A DNA stretch of 64,000 bases from Escherichia phage ph0011: sequence record OP557969.1; one strand, given 5' to 3'. The notes under the pieces were generated by a model, which ran no database searches, was not told the DNA's origin, and saw only the letters and a program-made list of their open reading frames with translations. A program made the position numbers and the translations under genes. Shown here piece after piece: positions 8,168 to 18,115 of the stretch. Every line of letters starts with the position of its first letter. The stretch's first letter is position 1.

Positions 8168-10867
8168 ATGGCAAATAAAATATATGGTGGTATTGATGTT
8201 ACACACAATGTCACAGTAAAAGGTAAGAGAAGTGCTCAGAGCATCAATGATGACGTATTTGATGAAAACGGCAATCTCACAATAGATGCATATACACAAA
8301 ATGATATGTTAGAAATGGTTGGTATGTTACCAATTTCTCGTTATGGTACACAAAACTATCTACCTGCTGGGGTTAATGGTACAACAGTTGGTTCTTCAGA
8401 AAATATTAATTCCAGAAATACAAAATTATTTTTGGAAGATGATAACACTTTAGTAATGTTACGTCCAGGTACTAATGGTAGTACTCAAGGTGTTTATTAT
8501 AGTTATATGACCCAAGCAGTAGGTACAACAAATACAAGTCGTATGGTTAATACTACTCGTGCATATAAACCCAATTACTTTGGTGCAGCATACGCAGTTT
8601 ATTTGTACCCAAGTAGTAATGATATTACTTGCGGTTTAGTGAGAATGGAGAATACCGATGGTACATATGTTGATAAAGTTTTTGTGTCAGATAATAATGG
8701 TACATTGAATGATGCAATGCACACTGGTATTATTCTATCAGATCATACAGCAGTACAACCTTTTGGTGCAATACAATTTGTTATTCGTGCAGAAGATGGT
8801 GCATTATATTTTTTTAGTTTAGACACACCAAATAATACTCTTAAAATATCCGTTACTAAAGTTACTTTTAGTCCAAGTAATAACCCAGGTGGTGGTACTT
8901 ATAGTATTACTAGAATTACTGGTTGGACTACAAGAACTTTTTATAATGCAATGATAGCTGATGAGAACATTGTTCCTACGATGAAAATAAATTCAACAAA
9001 TACCAATGATACTCCATACGTTTTAATTCCAAGCGGTATTATTGGGTTTGGTGTTTATATGACAGATCCAGATTTATATGTTGCACAGAGATCAGGTACA
9101 TCTACATTCAAATTTAGATTATGTGGTGATATGTGGATGAGTAATGGTAGATATGACATACGACCACAACATAGTTTTAGTATGACTTTTGATGTTGCAA
9201 CGAAGCAATGTGCACTCGATAATATGACAACGACTACACCAGTTGCTGTTTATGACAATGGTTCTAGCATGAATGCAACTGGACCTTGCTTGACAACTGA
9301 CCCATTTTATCTTCATGCAGGTGCACGTAATATTTTCAGTAATTATTGCTATATTCCATCAACAGGGGATGCGTTTTGTTCATTTTCACCAAACCTAGCA
9401 GAACCATTGAATTTATCATATGCAAAATACCCACCAAAATCTTTATTTGATTTGATGGATGTTAGAAGTGTGTCAGCAACTAATTTTATTAATGGTGTAG
9501 TAACACCAAGATTTGGTTCAGCAGTTGGGTCATACCAAGTAGGTGTAGAGTTATTACCAAATAACAGTACTAAACAATATTCAAGACGTTCTGGTGATGG
9601 TCGTTTTTTTCCATCCTATGCTGTTCATAAATCTACACCAAACTTTACATTCAAGTCGTTGAATTATGGTACAGTACCTGGTTATGAACCAACACCTGAC
9701 AGAAATTTCATAACCACACCAGAATCACGCATTTTTATAAGTTCAATATCTGGTTCAAACGTCACTACTAATGGTGGTGTTTTGGTTGCTGACATTAGAA
9801 CATCAACACCAATTAGTTTTGATTATAAAGGTAATGTACTGAATAATGGTACAATCAGTATGTCTCAAGATATAATGAATGCTATTAGGAATTCAGAATT
9901 TGCTAAAGTTGCTGGTTCTTGGGATATATCCCCAGCATCAGTAAAAACATTATCAGTTTTCGTTCCACAACAAACTGATATTCCTGTTTTCGCGGTTCTT
10001 GCTGCAACAACTAATTCCAGAGGACTATATATTCGTATGATTGAATTAGGTGTTAATACAAGAACAGGAGATATTACAACGTGGGCATTTAAACGTTTAG
10101 TACATGAAAGTGTTCAAGCTCTGGATTACAAAACTGATGCCGGATATTATCTTGATAGTGGAAGTATTGGTATTACTATATATGATGCTGGTTCTTTTTA
10201 CTTCATTGGTGGTGGTATTCCAGGTTTCTTTCCTACAGTTGGTAATACAGCTTCACCTTTTTTTCGTGCTACTGTAGATAAAGCAAGTAAGCAATTTAAT
10301 AATTTCCATATAGCTGGTAATCGACCTATCTATGCATTAGACGGTCAACCATTTGCTTTACCTGGTATTGGATTTGGTATTCTTCAAAGTATAGATCTTC
10401 AAAACAAAACTATTTTTAGAAAGTATGGAACTACATTAGAAGATTATAATGCATGGACTGATAAAGGAGATCCATTCATTTGCGTTGTTTCACAAGACGT
10501 TGCTCAAGGTTTTATTATATACTTCACTGAAGAGACACCAGTACTGATATCAGGTAAGCACTATACATTACCAATATCAAATATTGATTTAACAAAAGTG
10601 AAAGCAAATCCTGCGAATACTACATTTTATGTGTATATTAAATTAGTGCAGGGTATTGCAAAGTATCATATATCAACAACTGAATTAGCTGAAACTCAGT
10701 CAATATTCTGGATTGGTACAGTGAAAACTAATGATTTACAAATAACCGAAATTAATATCGTTAAACGTTCTCGTTTAGATCTGTTTGGTGCATCCTATGA
10801 CGCTGCCGGAAGTTCATTCCCAGTTAGTTCTGGTTTCCCTTCAGGTTCTGGTAATGTGAATTGGTAA
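8168..10867 (+). CDS. large putative tail fibre / receptor-binding structural protein (paralogue A)
   Basis: 899 aa, S/T/G/N-rich; late promoter upstream; N-terminal LPISRYG motif and conserved ~90-aa C-terminal module shared with 10878 and 11479 ORFs. Confidence 0.5.
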   Translation: MANKIYGGIDVTHNVTVKGKRSAQSINDDVFDENGNLTIDAYTQNDMLEMVGMLPISRYGTQNYLPAGVNGTTVGSSENINSRNTKLFLEDDNTLVMLRPGTNGSTQGVYYSYMTQAVGTTNTSRMVNTTRAYKPNYFGAAYAVYLYPSSNDITCGLVRMENTDGTYVDKVFVSDNNGTLNDAMHTGIILSDHTAVQPFGAIQFVIRAEDGALYFFSLDTPNNTLKISVTKVTFSPSNNPGGGTYSITRITGWTTRTFYNAMIADENIVPTMKINSTNTNDTPYVLIPSGIIGFGVYMTDPDLYVAQRSGTSTFKFRLCGDMWMSNGRYDIRPQHSFSMTFDVATKQCALDNMTTTTPVAVYDNGSSMNATGPCLTTDPFYLHAGARNIFSNYCYIPSTGDAFCSFSPNLAEPLNLSYAKYPPKSLFDLMDVRSVSATNFINGVVTPRFGSAVGSYQVGVELLPNNSTKQYSRRSGDGRFFPSYAVHKSTPNFTFKSLNYGTVPGYEPTPDRNFITTPESRIFISSISGSNVTTNGGVLVADIRTSTPISFDYKGNVLNNGTISMSQDIMNAIRNSEFAKVAGSWDISPASVKTLSVFVPQQTDIPVFAVLAATTNSRGLYIRMIELGVNTRTGDITTWAFKRLVHESVQALDYKTDAGYYLDSGSIGITIYDAGSFYFIGGGIPGFFPTVGNTASPFFRATVDKASKQFNNFHIAGNRPIYALDGQPFALPGIGFGILQSIDLQNKTIFRKYGTTLEDYNAWTDKGDPFICVVSQDVAQGFIIYFTEETPVLISGKHYTLPISNIDLTKVKANPANTTFYVYIKLVQGIAKYHISTTELAETQSIFWIGTVKTNDLQITEINIVKRSRLDLFGASYDAAGSSFPVSSGFPSGSGNVNW

Positions 10868-10877
10868 TGGAGAGAAT

Positions 10878-11468
10878 ATGTCTTATAAATTTAGAGCAGA
10901 TGTGGAAGCTTATGCTTCCGTTAAATCACAAGGAAAAAATACTGGGACCACGATAACTGTTCGTTCTGGTAATGTGTATCAAGCTGATGCAAATGGGAAT
11001 ATTGATATACCAGTCATGAGTACAGATGATGTGAATTACATTACCAGTTCGTTTCCGTTATCACAATTTGGACCACTTTACAGTGATGAACCATTAGGTA
11101 TTACTTCTGCGGGTTTCAATTTAACTTTCAGCAAAGAATTACCGTTATTCATGGCGGGAGCGGCGTATACCCTCCCAGCAAAAACAATAACAGATCCTGG
11201 TGTTTCTGGTACTAATATTGAAACACATTATGTATATGTTATATTAGATGTTGGGGTAGCTGACTACCTCATTTCTAAAACTCAACGACCTGAAAGTAGT
11301 GTTAATATGTACATCGGAAAACTAACAGTTTTCCCAGATGGCATTACAGGGGTCAGTATAAATAAAGTGTCAAGATTTGACAACTTCAGAGTAAGTTCTA
11401 CAAAAATTGGTTCAGCTATCCCTATCAGTTCTGGTTCACCAGATGTGAATGGTATGATAGAATGGTAA
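10878..11468 (+). CDS. small protein carrying the fibre C-terminal module
   Basis: C-terminal ~90 aa (YIGKLTV ... VSRFDNF ... GSAIPISSGSP) aligns with C-termini of both flanking ~900-aa proteins. Confidence 0.5.
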   Translation: MSYKFRADVEAYASVKSQGKNTGTTITVRSGNVYQADANGNIDIPVMSTDDVNYITSSFPLSQFGPLYSDEPLGITSAGFNLTFSKELPLFMAGAAYTLPAKTITDPGVSGTNIETHYVYVILDVGVADYLISKTQRPESSVNMYIGKLTVFPDGITGVSINKVSRFDNFRVSSTKIGSAIPISSGSPDVNGMIEW

Positions 11469-11478
11469 AGGAATATAT

Positions 11479-14220
11479 ATGGCTTCTAGACGAATTATAG
11501 GAAACGCAGATATACTAGGGAATTTAAAAATTAATGGAAAGTATGCATTACGTTCCCTTAATGGTGTTCCTGCTGACTCTGCTGGTAAAATCACTTATCA
11601 ATATTATGACAAAGCGGAAGTAAATCAGATATTTGATATGCTTCCAGTTTCAAGGGTAGGTGATCAAGATTACCTACCAATGAGTATTAACGGTACTTTT
11701 GAAGGTGCTTCTTCCTTTTCATTTGCAAAAATAATGCAACCTTGTATCATTGAAAATGATGGAACTGGTGTAATTTTACGTGCAGGTACAAATGGAAGTT
11801 CTTATGGTTACTATTATACTTATATTAAAAATATAAGAGATATAGAAACACTAACTCAAGATAATATAATTACAACCAATACGATGTATAGACCGTCTGT
11901 GCTACCAAGTACTGATTACATTTATGAATTTTATGGGTCAAATGCATATGAATTACTATTTTGGGAATCAACTGATAGAACATCATATTACCTTACATTA
12001 ACAAATGAAACATTGAATGAATCAGCACACAAGCATTGCAGAATTCCAAAAACAGCAATAACAAATAAACCAATATATGCACACATCGTAAATGATTCAG
12101 TTTATATATGGTGTATGGATTCAAGTGTATTTAGTAGTGTTCGCGGGTGTGCATTTATTATATACACAGTACCTTTAACTGCATTTAATACTGGTTCAGT
12201 TTCTACCGTAACACAGATTGGTGGTTATTCAGGAAGAACTATAAGAGATGCAACATATACTGCATCTAATAATATTCGCGTTTATGATAGCTATTCTATT
12301 TTAGGTTCAGGTGGTGATGCACTAATAGTATATGATAATGGTATTTCCAGAATAGATTATTGGGAAAATAACGTATTTAATACCCAAGCAGTTCTTAGCC
12401 CAGATGGTACAAAAATAAGAGTTGCGATCTATCCAGGATTCCGTGTTTTCACTGAAACAAAAACATCTAGTGTATATGCACTTGGTATTAGCTTTACATA
12501 TGATATCAGTACTAAAACAATGACACTTGACGGTTCTGAACGTGGTCCAATCAGAGTATCAGCTAATACATCAACTGGTAGTATAACAGTAAGAAACCCG
12601 TTTTCAATCAATATGGAAAACTTTACAGGGTTTTATGACGGTGCACTTGGCAACTATGGTTCAATCTGTCAAACTTCTGATGGTTTTGTTTTCACCACCA
12701 AAGCAAGATGGACATCCACACCAACATATGCAGTACAAACATACAAAGTTTCTGGTACACCTTATGATAGTTGGGTCGCTAAAACACGTACTGCTAGTAA
12801 TTTAAAACGTGTCGAAGTAATGCCAGTTTATGGTTCCCCTGTCGGTGAAAACTTAATAGGTGTTCGTTTCGTAGATAAACGTAAGATACTTGTTGCATGT
12901 TCTGGCACTGCTGATGGAATTTCTTATGGTTATGATAGTACAGTTTTTACTGAAATAGGTGAGAATCCGACTTATGTTTATAAAAACTTGGAACAAAATA
13001 CCACAATGAATGGTTTTGCACCATCAAGTAATAGACACTATTTAAGTACTGATTACAAATATGCAGGTATGATAACATTGGTTGATGCAAATGGAAATGT
13101 CAGCACTTATGGTTCTTCGTTAATAGAAGACATCGATAAACCAGCGTATGGAAAATTCGACCCAGTTACAATGGACTTCGACAGTAATAGATATGAAATT
13201 TCAGGAACAACATTATCAAGTATAGGTGATAATGCAATCGCTAAAGCTGGATTGTCTGGAATAACTGATCATAAAACTGTTTTTTATTATGTACCTGATA
13301 CTACATATTCTAAATCGATTGCAGTCACTTCTGCATTAAACGGTACTACCAATGTGTGTTATATTATTTTTTCCGAAATATCATGTAGTGCAGTTGGTAC
13401 AAGTGGTACTATAATTTTACGTGATATTAATGTTGATACAGCAAGATATACATCAATGACGAATACATTCCAAATTTCACCAAATGAAATGGTCAAACGT
13501 TGGGCTGGTATGACGGTTTCTAAGTTTAGTGGTTTTAACTACTTAGGTGTGAACATTTTATATGGCATTGATACCCCAGGTTGGACTCGTTATCCTAACA
13601 TGATTGCTAAAGTGAAAAATGGTATTATTTCAAGTCAACGATATATGGAAACAACTTATATTTCAAACGCACAATTTGATATAGGTACAATTCCAGGGAT
13701 TGGGTTTGGATATTACCAAATGAACAAAAACGATTATCAAACTAAATCAGTTTTTGCTGTATGTGGTACTACTGAAGCAGATATGGATAAACTAATATCT
13801 GGTAATGAAACGATATCACAGTACTTAGTTATTGCTTCACAGGACGTGGCACAAGGGTTTCATGTATACTTTTCACAAGAAGTACCAGTTTTCTTGGGTG
13901 GAAAGTTTGCAAAGATACCACCGACTATGATAGACTTATCTACTATAAGTACTACACCAGAGAATTCAACATTCTACATATATGCGGTGATGGATAGAGA
14001 TACATCCACAGCATCGTATCAGATATCACTACATCAATTATCAGAAACTATGACATCAACATACATTGGTAAGATAGTAACTAATAATAATGGTATTGCA
14101 TCAATCGAGTCTGAAAAAGTTTCCAGATTCTTGCTATACCGTCCAAGTACCTACAATCGTGGTTCTGCGATCCCAGCAAGTTCTGGTGTTCCGTCAGGAA
14201 CAGGTACACGTTGGAATTAA
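11479..14220 (+). CDS. large putative tail fibre / receptor-binding structural protein (paralogue B)
   Basis: 913 aa; N-terminal MLPVSRVGDQDYLP and C-terminal GSAIPASSGVPSG module shared with 8168 ORF. Confidence 0.5.
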   Translation: MASRRIIGNADILGNLKINGKYALRSLNGVPADSAGKITYQYYDKAEVNQIFDMLPVSRVGDQDYLPMSINGTFEGASSFSFAKIMQPCIIENDGTGVILRAGTNGSSYGYYYTYIKNIRDIETLTQDNIITTNTMYRPSVLPSTDYIYEFYGSNAYELLFWESTDRTSYYLTLTNETLNESAHKHCRIPKTAITNKPIYAHIVNDSVYIWCMDSSVFSSVRGCAFIIYTVPLTAFNTGSVSTVTQIGGYSGRTIRDATYTASNNIRVYDSYSILGSGGDALIVYDNGISRIDYWENNVFNTQAVLSPDGTKIRVAIYPGFRVFTETKTSSVYALGISFTYDISTKTMTLDGSERGPIRVSANTSTGSITVRNPFSINMENFTGFYDGALGNYGSICQTSDGFVFTTKARWTSTPTYAVQTYKVSGTPYDSWVAKTRTASNLKRVEVMPVYGSPVGENLIGVRFVDKRKILVACSGTADGISYGYDSTVFTEIGENPTYVYKNLEQNTTMNGFAPSSNRHYLSTDYKYAGMITLVDANGNVSTYGSSLIEDIDKPAYGKFDPVTMDFDSNRYEISGTTLSSIGDNAIAKAGLSGITDHKTVFYYVPDTTYSKSIAVTSALNGTTNVCYIIFSEISCSAVGTSGTIILRDINVDTARYTSMTNTFQISPNEMVKRWAGMTVSKFSGFNYLGVNILYGIDTPGWTRYPNMIAKVKNGIISSQRYMETTYISNAQFDIGTIPGIGFGYYQMNKNDYQTKSVFAVCGTTEADMDKLISGNETISQYLVIASQDVAQGFHVYFSQEVPVFLGGKFAKIPPTMIDLSTISTTPENSTFYIYAVMDRDTSTASYQISLHQLSETMTSTYIGKIVTNNNGIASIESEKVSRFLLYRPSTYNRGSAIPASSGVPSGTGTRWN

Positions 14221-14224
14221 TTTT

Positions 14225-14255
14225 AAAGCTCGTCTATTGACGGGCTTTTCTTTTG
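14225..14255 (+). terminator. intrinsic terminator
   Basis: aaagctcgtc/gacgggcttt hairpin (one G-U pair) followed by T-rich run. Confidence 0.6.
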
Positions 14256-14288
14256 TGTGTATAATACAAAGAAATATAGGAGGAAATT

Positions 14289-14855
14289 ATGGTCAAATCA
14301 TTACTACCACCACCAAAACGACATAAAATTAAAGAAATGAAAGAACAACGTACATTAAAGATGTACAACAATTTAGTTAATTTACTTTGCAAAAGTCCAT
14401 CACTCAAAGAAATATTCACCACAGATGATGATCGTAATGCACTTATTGAGATGAAGTATATGCTCAGTAAAATGTCCTTTTACAAATTTGTCAAAGAATA
14501 CTCAACTGAACCATTCAGTCCTCGTTGGCGAGTCAAACCAAGAGAGTATTTTTTCGGTGGTTCATATACTGATATCATTCAAGATACGGTGATAGGCGTA
14601 GAGTTCGAGATTGATTATGAGCCTAATGGTGTGGAAAACTGGCAGATTGACAAACATTTACCAAGTGAAGATGAAATTTATGTTTATGCAAGAAAACAGT
14701 CAACTTTCAGTTCAAAAATTGCTCTTAATAATTTAGATTCATTTATTATTTTCTATACATTTGTCGGTGTAGATAAAATGGCAACTAAACTCAATGAATT
14801 ATCATTGCAACAAAAACAGATTAATGCATACAAAGACATTACAGATTTATACTAA
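14289..14855 (+). CDS. hypothetical protein, paralogue family member 1
   Basis: AGGAGG SD; shares motif TTDDDRNALIEMKYMLSK with next two genes. Confidence 0.55.
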   Translation: MVKSLLPPPKRHKIKEMKEQRTLKMYNNLVNLLCKSPSLKEIFTTDDDRNALIEMKYMLSKMSFYKFVKEYSTEPFSPRWRVKPREYFFGGSYTDIIQDTVIGVEFEIDYEPNGVENWQIDKHLPSEDEIYVYARKQSTFSSKIALNNLDSFIIFYTFVGVDKMATKLNELSLQQKQINAYKDITDLY

Positions 14856-14867
14856 TGAGGATTGGAT

Positions 14868-15383
14868 ATGTTTTTTGGACAGTTTAAAAAACCTGACAGT
14901 ACTTTAATTTGGCATGAAATCATCTTTAAAATTATATCTAAAAGCTACTCACTAAAAGATATTATCAAAACAGATCATGATCGACGTGTTCTGTTAGAAG
15001 CAAAATATAAATTGAGCAAACACCCGTTACTTTCTTTAATCATTGATTACGTTAATGATTATGAATCCAGTCGTTGGAAGTGGGAAGACGGAGGTTTATT
15101 TCGTGGAAAAACATTCTACGGTGCAGAACGATATGTATTCAGTGATACAGCAAATGGTGTTAAGTTTGCTATTAGAAACTTTAACTCCAAAGAAAATGAT
15201 TATCTTGAAAGTGGAGTTAAGGTGTATATAGATAATAATAACAATGTACTTACATATGACGAATCACTAATTATGTTACAAATAATGCGTGGAGTTGAAA
15301 GTGTAAGACACAATCTTACTAAGTTGAAAATCCAGCAAAATGATATACATAATAGACAGAAAATTAAGGGTTTATATAAATGA
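14868..15383 (+). CDS. hypothetical protein, paralogue family member 2
   Basis: GAGGA-7nt-ATG; motif KTDHDRRVLLEAKYKLSK. Confidence 0.5.
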   Translation: MFFGQFKKPDSTLIWHEIIFKIISKSYSLKDIIKTDHDRRVLLEAKYKLSKHPLLSLIIDYVNDYESSRWKWEDGGLFRGKTFYGAERYVFSDTANGVKFAIRNFNSKENDYLESGVKVYIDNNNNVLTYDESLIMLQIMRGVESVRHNLTKLKIQQNDIHNRQKIKGLYK

Positions 15384-15889
15384 TTTCATTTTTCAAAAAG
15401 AAAGAAAAAGTTGATGAAACTGGATTAGAATCGTTTCTATGGACTCTTATCATTAAAAAAAGTCCATTAATGAAAGAATATGCTATCAATGATGCTAATA
15501 GAAAAACTATCATTGAATACAAATACGAATTATCAAAATGTGATCCAATAGTTTATCACTTTGCGAAGTACTGTTCTAAAAATTTATCGGATATCACGAT
15601 TGAACACGAGTCAGTACCAATGAGTTTTCCTTATGGTGATTGGGTAAATACTTTTGATATTTTCGATGGGTCTAATGGATTCCGTTTCTTTTACTCGTCA
15701 AATAAAGCAAATGTTCGTATTAAAACTGAGATAGGTTGGGCACAGCATAGCACAAATAAAGAAGATTATAATTTACTAGCTGACGTATACCGAAGTGTGA
15801 AGAATTCAAAGGATATTGATGAAAGAATTAAAAAGCAAAATCGTATTTCTTTATCACTTGAAACATACAAGTCAAAGTATGGTGGTTAA
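15380..15889 (+). CDS. hypothetical protein, paralogue family member 3
   Basis: ATGA overlap; motif INDANRKTIIEYKYELSK. Confidence 0.5.
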   Translation: MISFFKKKEKVDETGLESFLWTLIIKKSPLMKEYAINDANRKTIIEYKYELSKCDPIVYHFAKYCSKNLSDITIEHESVPMSFPYGDWVNTFDIFDGSNGFRFFYSSNKANVRIKTEIGWAQHSTNKEDYNLLADVYRSVKNSKDIDERIKKQNRISLSLETYKSKYGG

Positions 15890-15891
15890 CT

Positions 15892-16293
15892 ATGACTACA
15901 GTTGATGATATCTATAGTACTATACGCAATATGAGCACAGATAGAAAAGTATTTGGTGATAAAGAAAAATCTAAGTGTTATGGTATTGATTCTTTTGATA
16001 TAATTTCGTATGAGTACAATACGAATGGAAATAGTTCACTGAATATTGTCTGCCCTCGTGACCCAGAAAATAATTTTATGTATGTTGAAATTAATAATGA
16101 TGGAATGTTTTTTACAAAAGTTTTTAAAGGTGGAATTAATTACGAAACAATTGAATGTATGAATGAAGAAACTTTCTTTCAAGAAGATACAATTATCAAT
16201 TTAGGTTTTAGTTTTGATGATTATAAAACATTAGAACATGACTTTAATCGTTATTATAACGGTTTCTTAAAGGAGTTAACAATTTATCTATGA
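15892..16293 (+). CDS. hypothetical protein
   Basis: ORF track; tight spacing. Confidence 0.45.
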   Translation: MTTVDDIYSTIRNMSTDRKVFGDKEKSKCYGIDSFDIISYEYNTNGNSSLNIVCPRDPENNFMYVEINNDGMFFTKVFKGGINYETIECMNEETFFQEDTIINLGFSFDDYKTLEHDFNRYYNGFLKELTIYL

Positions 16294-17522
16294 ATAACCA
16301 ATATGTTGAACAAACAATAGTGAAACACTTGGCTGGGTCACAAGCCTACGGAACCAGTACACCTGAAAGTGATACTGATTATCGTGGTATTTTTCTTGCT
16401 AATAAAGAATTTATTCTTACGCCATTCTATAAGGTTAAAGAAGTAGCTGATAAAAATGAAGAAGATACCAAATTCTATGAGTTAAATCAGTATTTAAAAT
16501 TATACACTGATGCTAACCCTAATATTCTGGAATCACTATGGGTTGAACCAGAACACATTGTAGAAAGTACTGAGATTTATGACTATCTTCGTTCATTTAA
16601 CCAAAAACTTCTTAGTTCCAAGATTGCATTTTCATACACTGGATATGCATATAATCAAATTAAACGTATGACAAATCACCACGGTTGGATGGATAAAGAG
16701 CGTATTGCTGAAAAACGTTTAAATGAGATTTTAGAAGAACACCCAGTCGATGAGGTTCTTGTGTGGATGTATGATTCATTCCCACAATATCTTGTTGACC
16801 GTTTAGATACATCCAAATTACATCCATTTAATGCTAAAAAGATTGATTTTGAAAAATACATGCGTGATACGTCATTGCAGTTAGTTTCGAAAAATCCATT
16901 AAAGCAATATCATTTTGTAAGATTAGTGCATAACTACACTACTGATAAAATTCTAGATCGTGATTTCAATTTATTGAATTTTAACAATGGGTATGAACTA
17001 ATTCATTACGGAGAAAACATTTTTGCGATTATTAAAAATCCAAATGAAAGTACAATCAACGGTGATGGTTCATTGCGACATTTTTCAAAAGAGCGTAGTA
17101 CTGAAGAGTTGAAAACCAAACCAGAACTAATTGTCAAATTTAACGAAAAAGAATATCAGGAAAATAGTGAGAATAGAAAAAGTTATCATAAATGGAAAGA
17201 AAATCGTAATGCCAAACGTGCTATTTTAGAATCACTACACGGCTATGATTGCAAAAGTGCAATGCATACCATTAGACTATTGAATAGTGCAGAAGATGCA
17301 TTACAAAGTGGGATTATTCAAGTTAAACGCCCAGATGCACAGATGTTGATGGATATTCGTAATGGTAAATGGAAGTATGAAGAAGTTTTAGAATATTTCG
17401 ATGATAAAGTAAAATATATCCGTGATGTTCTATATAAGAAATCAGAACTTCCAAAAAAACCAGATATTAAATTAGCATCGAAAATTATCATTGATATCCG
17501 AGAGATGCAATGGTATAAGTAA
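16290..17522 (+). CDS. Pol-beta superfamily nucleotidyltransferase
   Basis: N-terminal hAGSQAYGTSTPESDTDYRGIF = G[SG]x9-13DhD nucleotidyltransferase signature; ATGA overlap. Confidence 0.6.
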   Translation: MNNQYVEQTIVKHLAGSQAYGTSTPESDTDYRGIFLANKEFILTPFYKVKEVADKNEEDTKFYELNQYLKLYTDANPNILESLWVEPEHIVESTEIYDYLRSFNQKLLSSKIAFSYTGYAYNQIKRMTNHHGWMDKERIAEKRLNEILEEHPVDEVLVWMYDSFPQYLVDRLDTSKLHPFNAKKIDFEKYMRDTSLQLVSKNPLKQYHFVRLVHNYTTDKILDRDFNLLNFNNGYELIHYGENIFAIIKNPNESTINGDGSLRHFSKERSTEELKTKPELIVKFNEKEYQENSENRKSYHKWKENRNAKRAILESLHGYDCKSAMHTIRLLNSAEDALQSGIIQVKRPDAQMLMDIRNGKWKYEEVLEYFDDKVKYIRDVLYKKSELPKKPDIKLASKIIIDIREMQWYK

Positions 17523-17616
17523 TATATGGGTGTAATAGTTATAAAAAATTCCATTACACACCAAATCACTTCAGTGATTTATATCTTGACATTGAAAAAA
17601 ATAATTATGTATAGTT

Positions 17617-17647
17617 AGAGAACTTCATATGGAGTTCTCTTTTTTTA
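17617..17647 (+). terminator. intrinsic terminator
   Basis: 10-bp stem agagaacttc/ggagttctct, 4-nt loop, 7 T. Confidence 0.75.
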
Positions 17648-17660
17648 TAAGGGTGATTAA

Positions 17661-18062
17661 ATGTTAAATGAACGTATTAAAAATGCACTATATGTATTGA
17701 ACCAAGAAGTTAATTCTATTAATAAAAGTACTGAGCGATATAAAGTATTACATGAAATTAGACAAGAATTGGAATCTATTAATAAGGGAAAATGGGTTCT
17801 TGAACGCGAACGAACTATTGTTGAAAAAGCAATTGCAAAATTCATCTCTGAACGTTATGGTAAAATTTCAGAGGAAGATGTACTAATGAACTTACATCTT
17901 TCACAAACGGAAGTGATGGAGAAATTTCATTTTGATTCATTAGACTGGTTGGAAATGATCATGGAATTGGAAGAAGAATTCAATGTAGAAGTAGATTTAT
18001 ATTATGAAAAACAAGAAACCAAACTATATGAACTAGCAGAACATATTAAACTAATGATGTAA
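17661..18062 (+). CDS. acyl-carrier-protein-like protein with N-terminal extension
   Basis: C-terminal FDSLDWLEMIMELEEEFNVEV matches ACP phosphopantetheine-attachment region (DSLD ... ALEEEF). Confidence 0.55.
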   Translation: MLNERIKNALYVLNQEVNSINKSTERYKVLHEIRQELESINKGKWVLERERTIVEKAIAKFISERYGKISEEDVLMNLHLSQTEVMEKFHFDSLDWLEMIMELEEEFNVEVDLYYEKQETKLYELAEHIKLMM

Positions 18063-18115
18063 ACATATACCATTATATACTCTAAATAATATCATCAACT
18101 ACAGGAGATGATATT

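Noticed and set aside
17586-17615. Strong-looking promoter TTGACA-18-TATAGT
   Set aside because: Its predicted start would fall inside the 10-bp terminator stem at 17617..17647, so a productive transcript is doubtful; possibly coincidental in AT-rich DNA. Not called as a feature.
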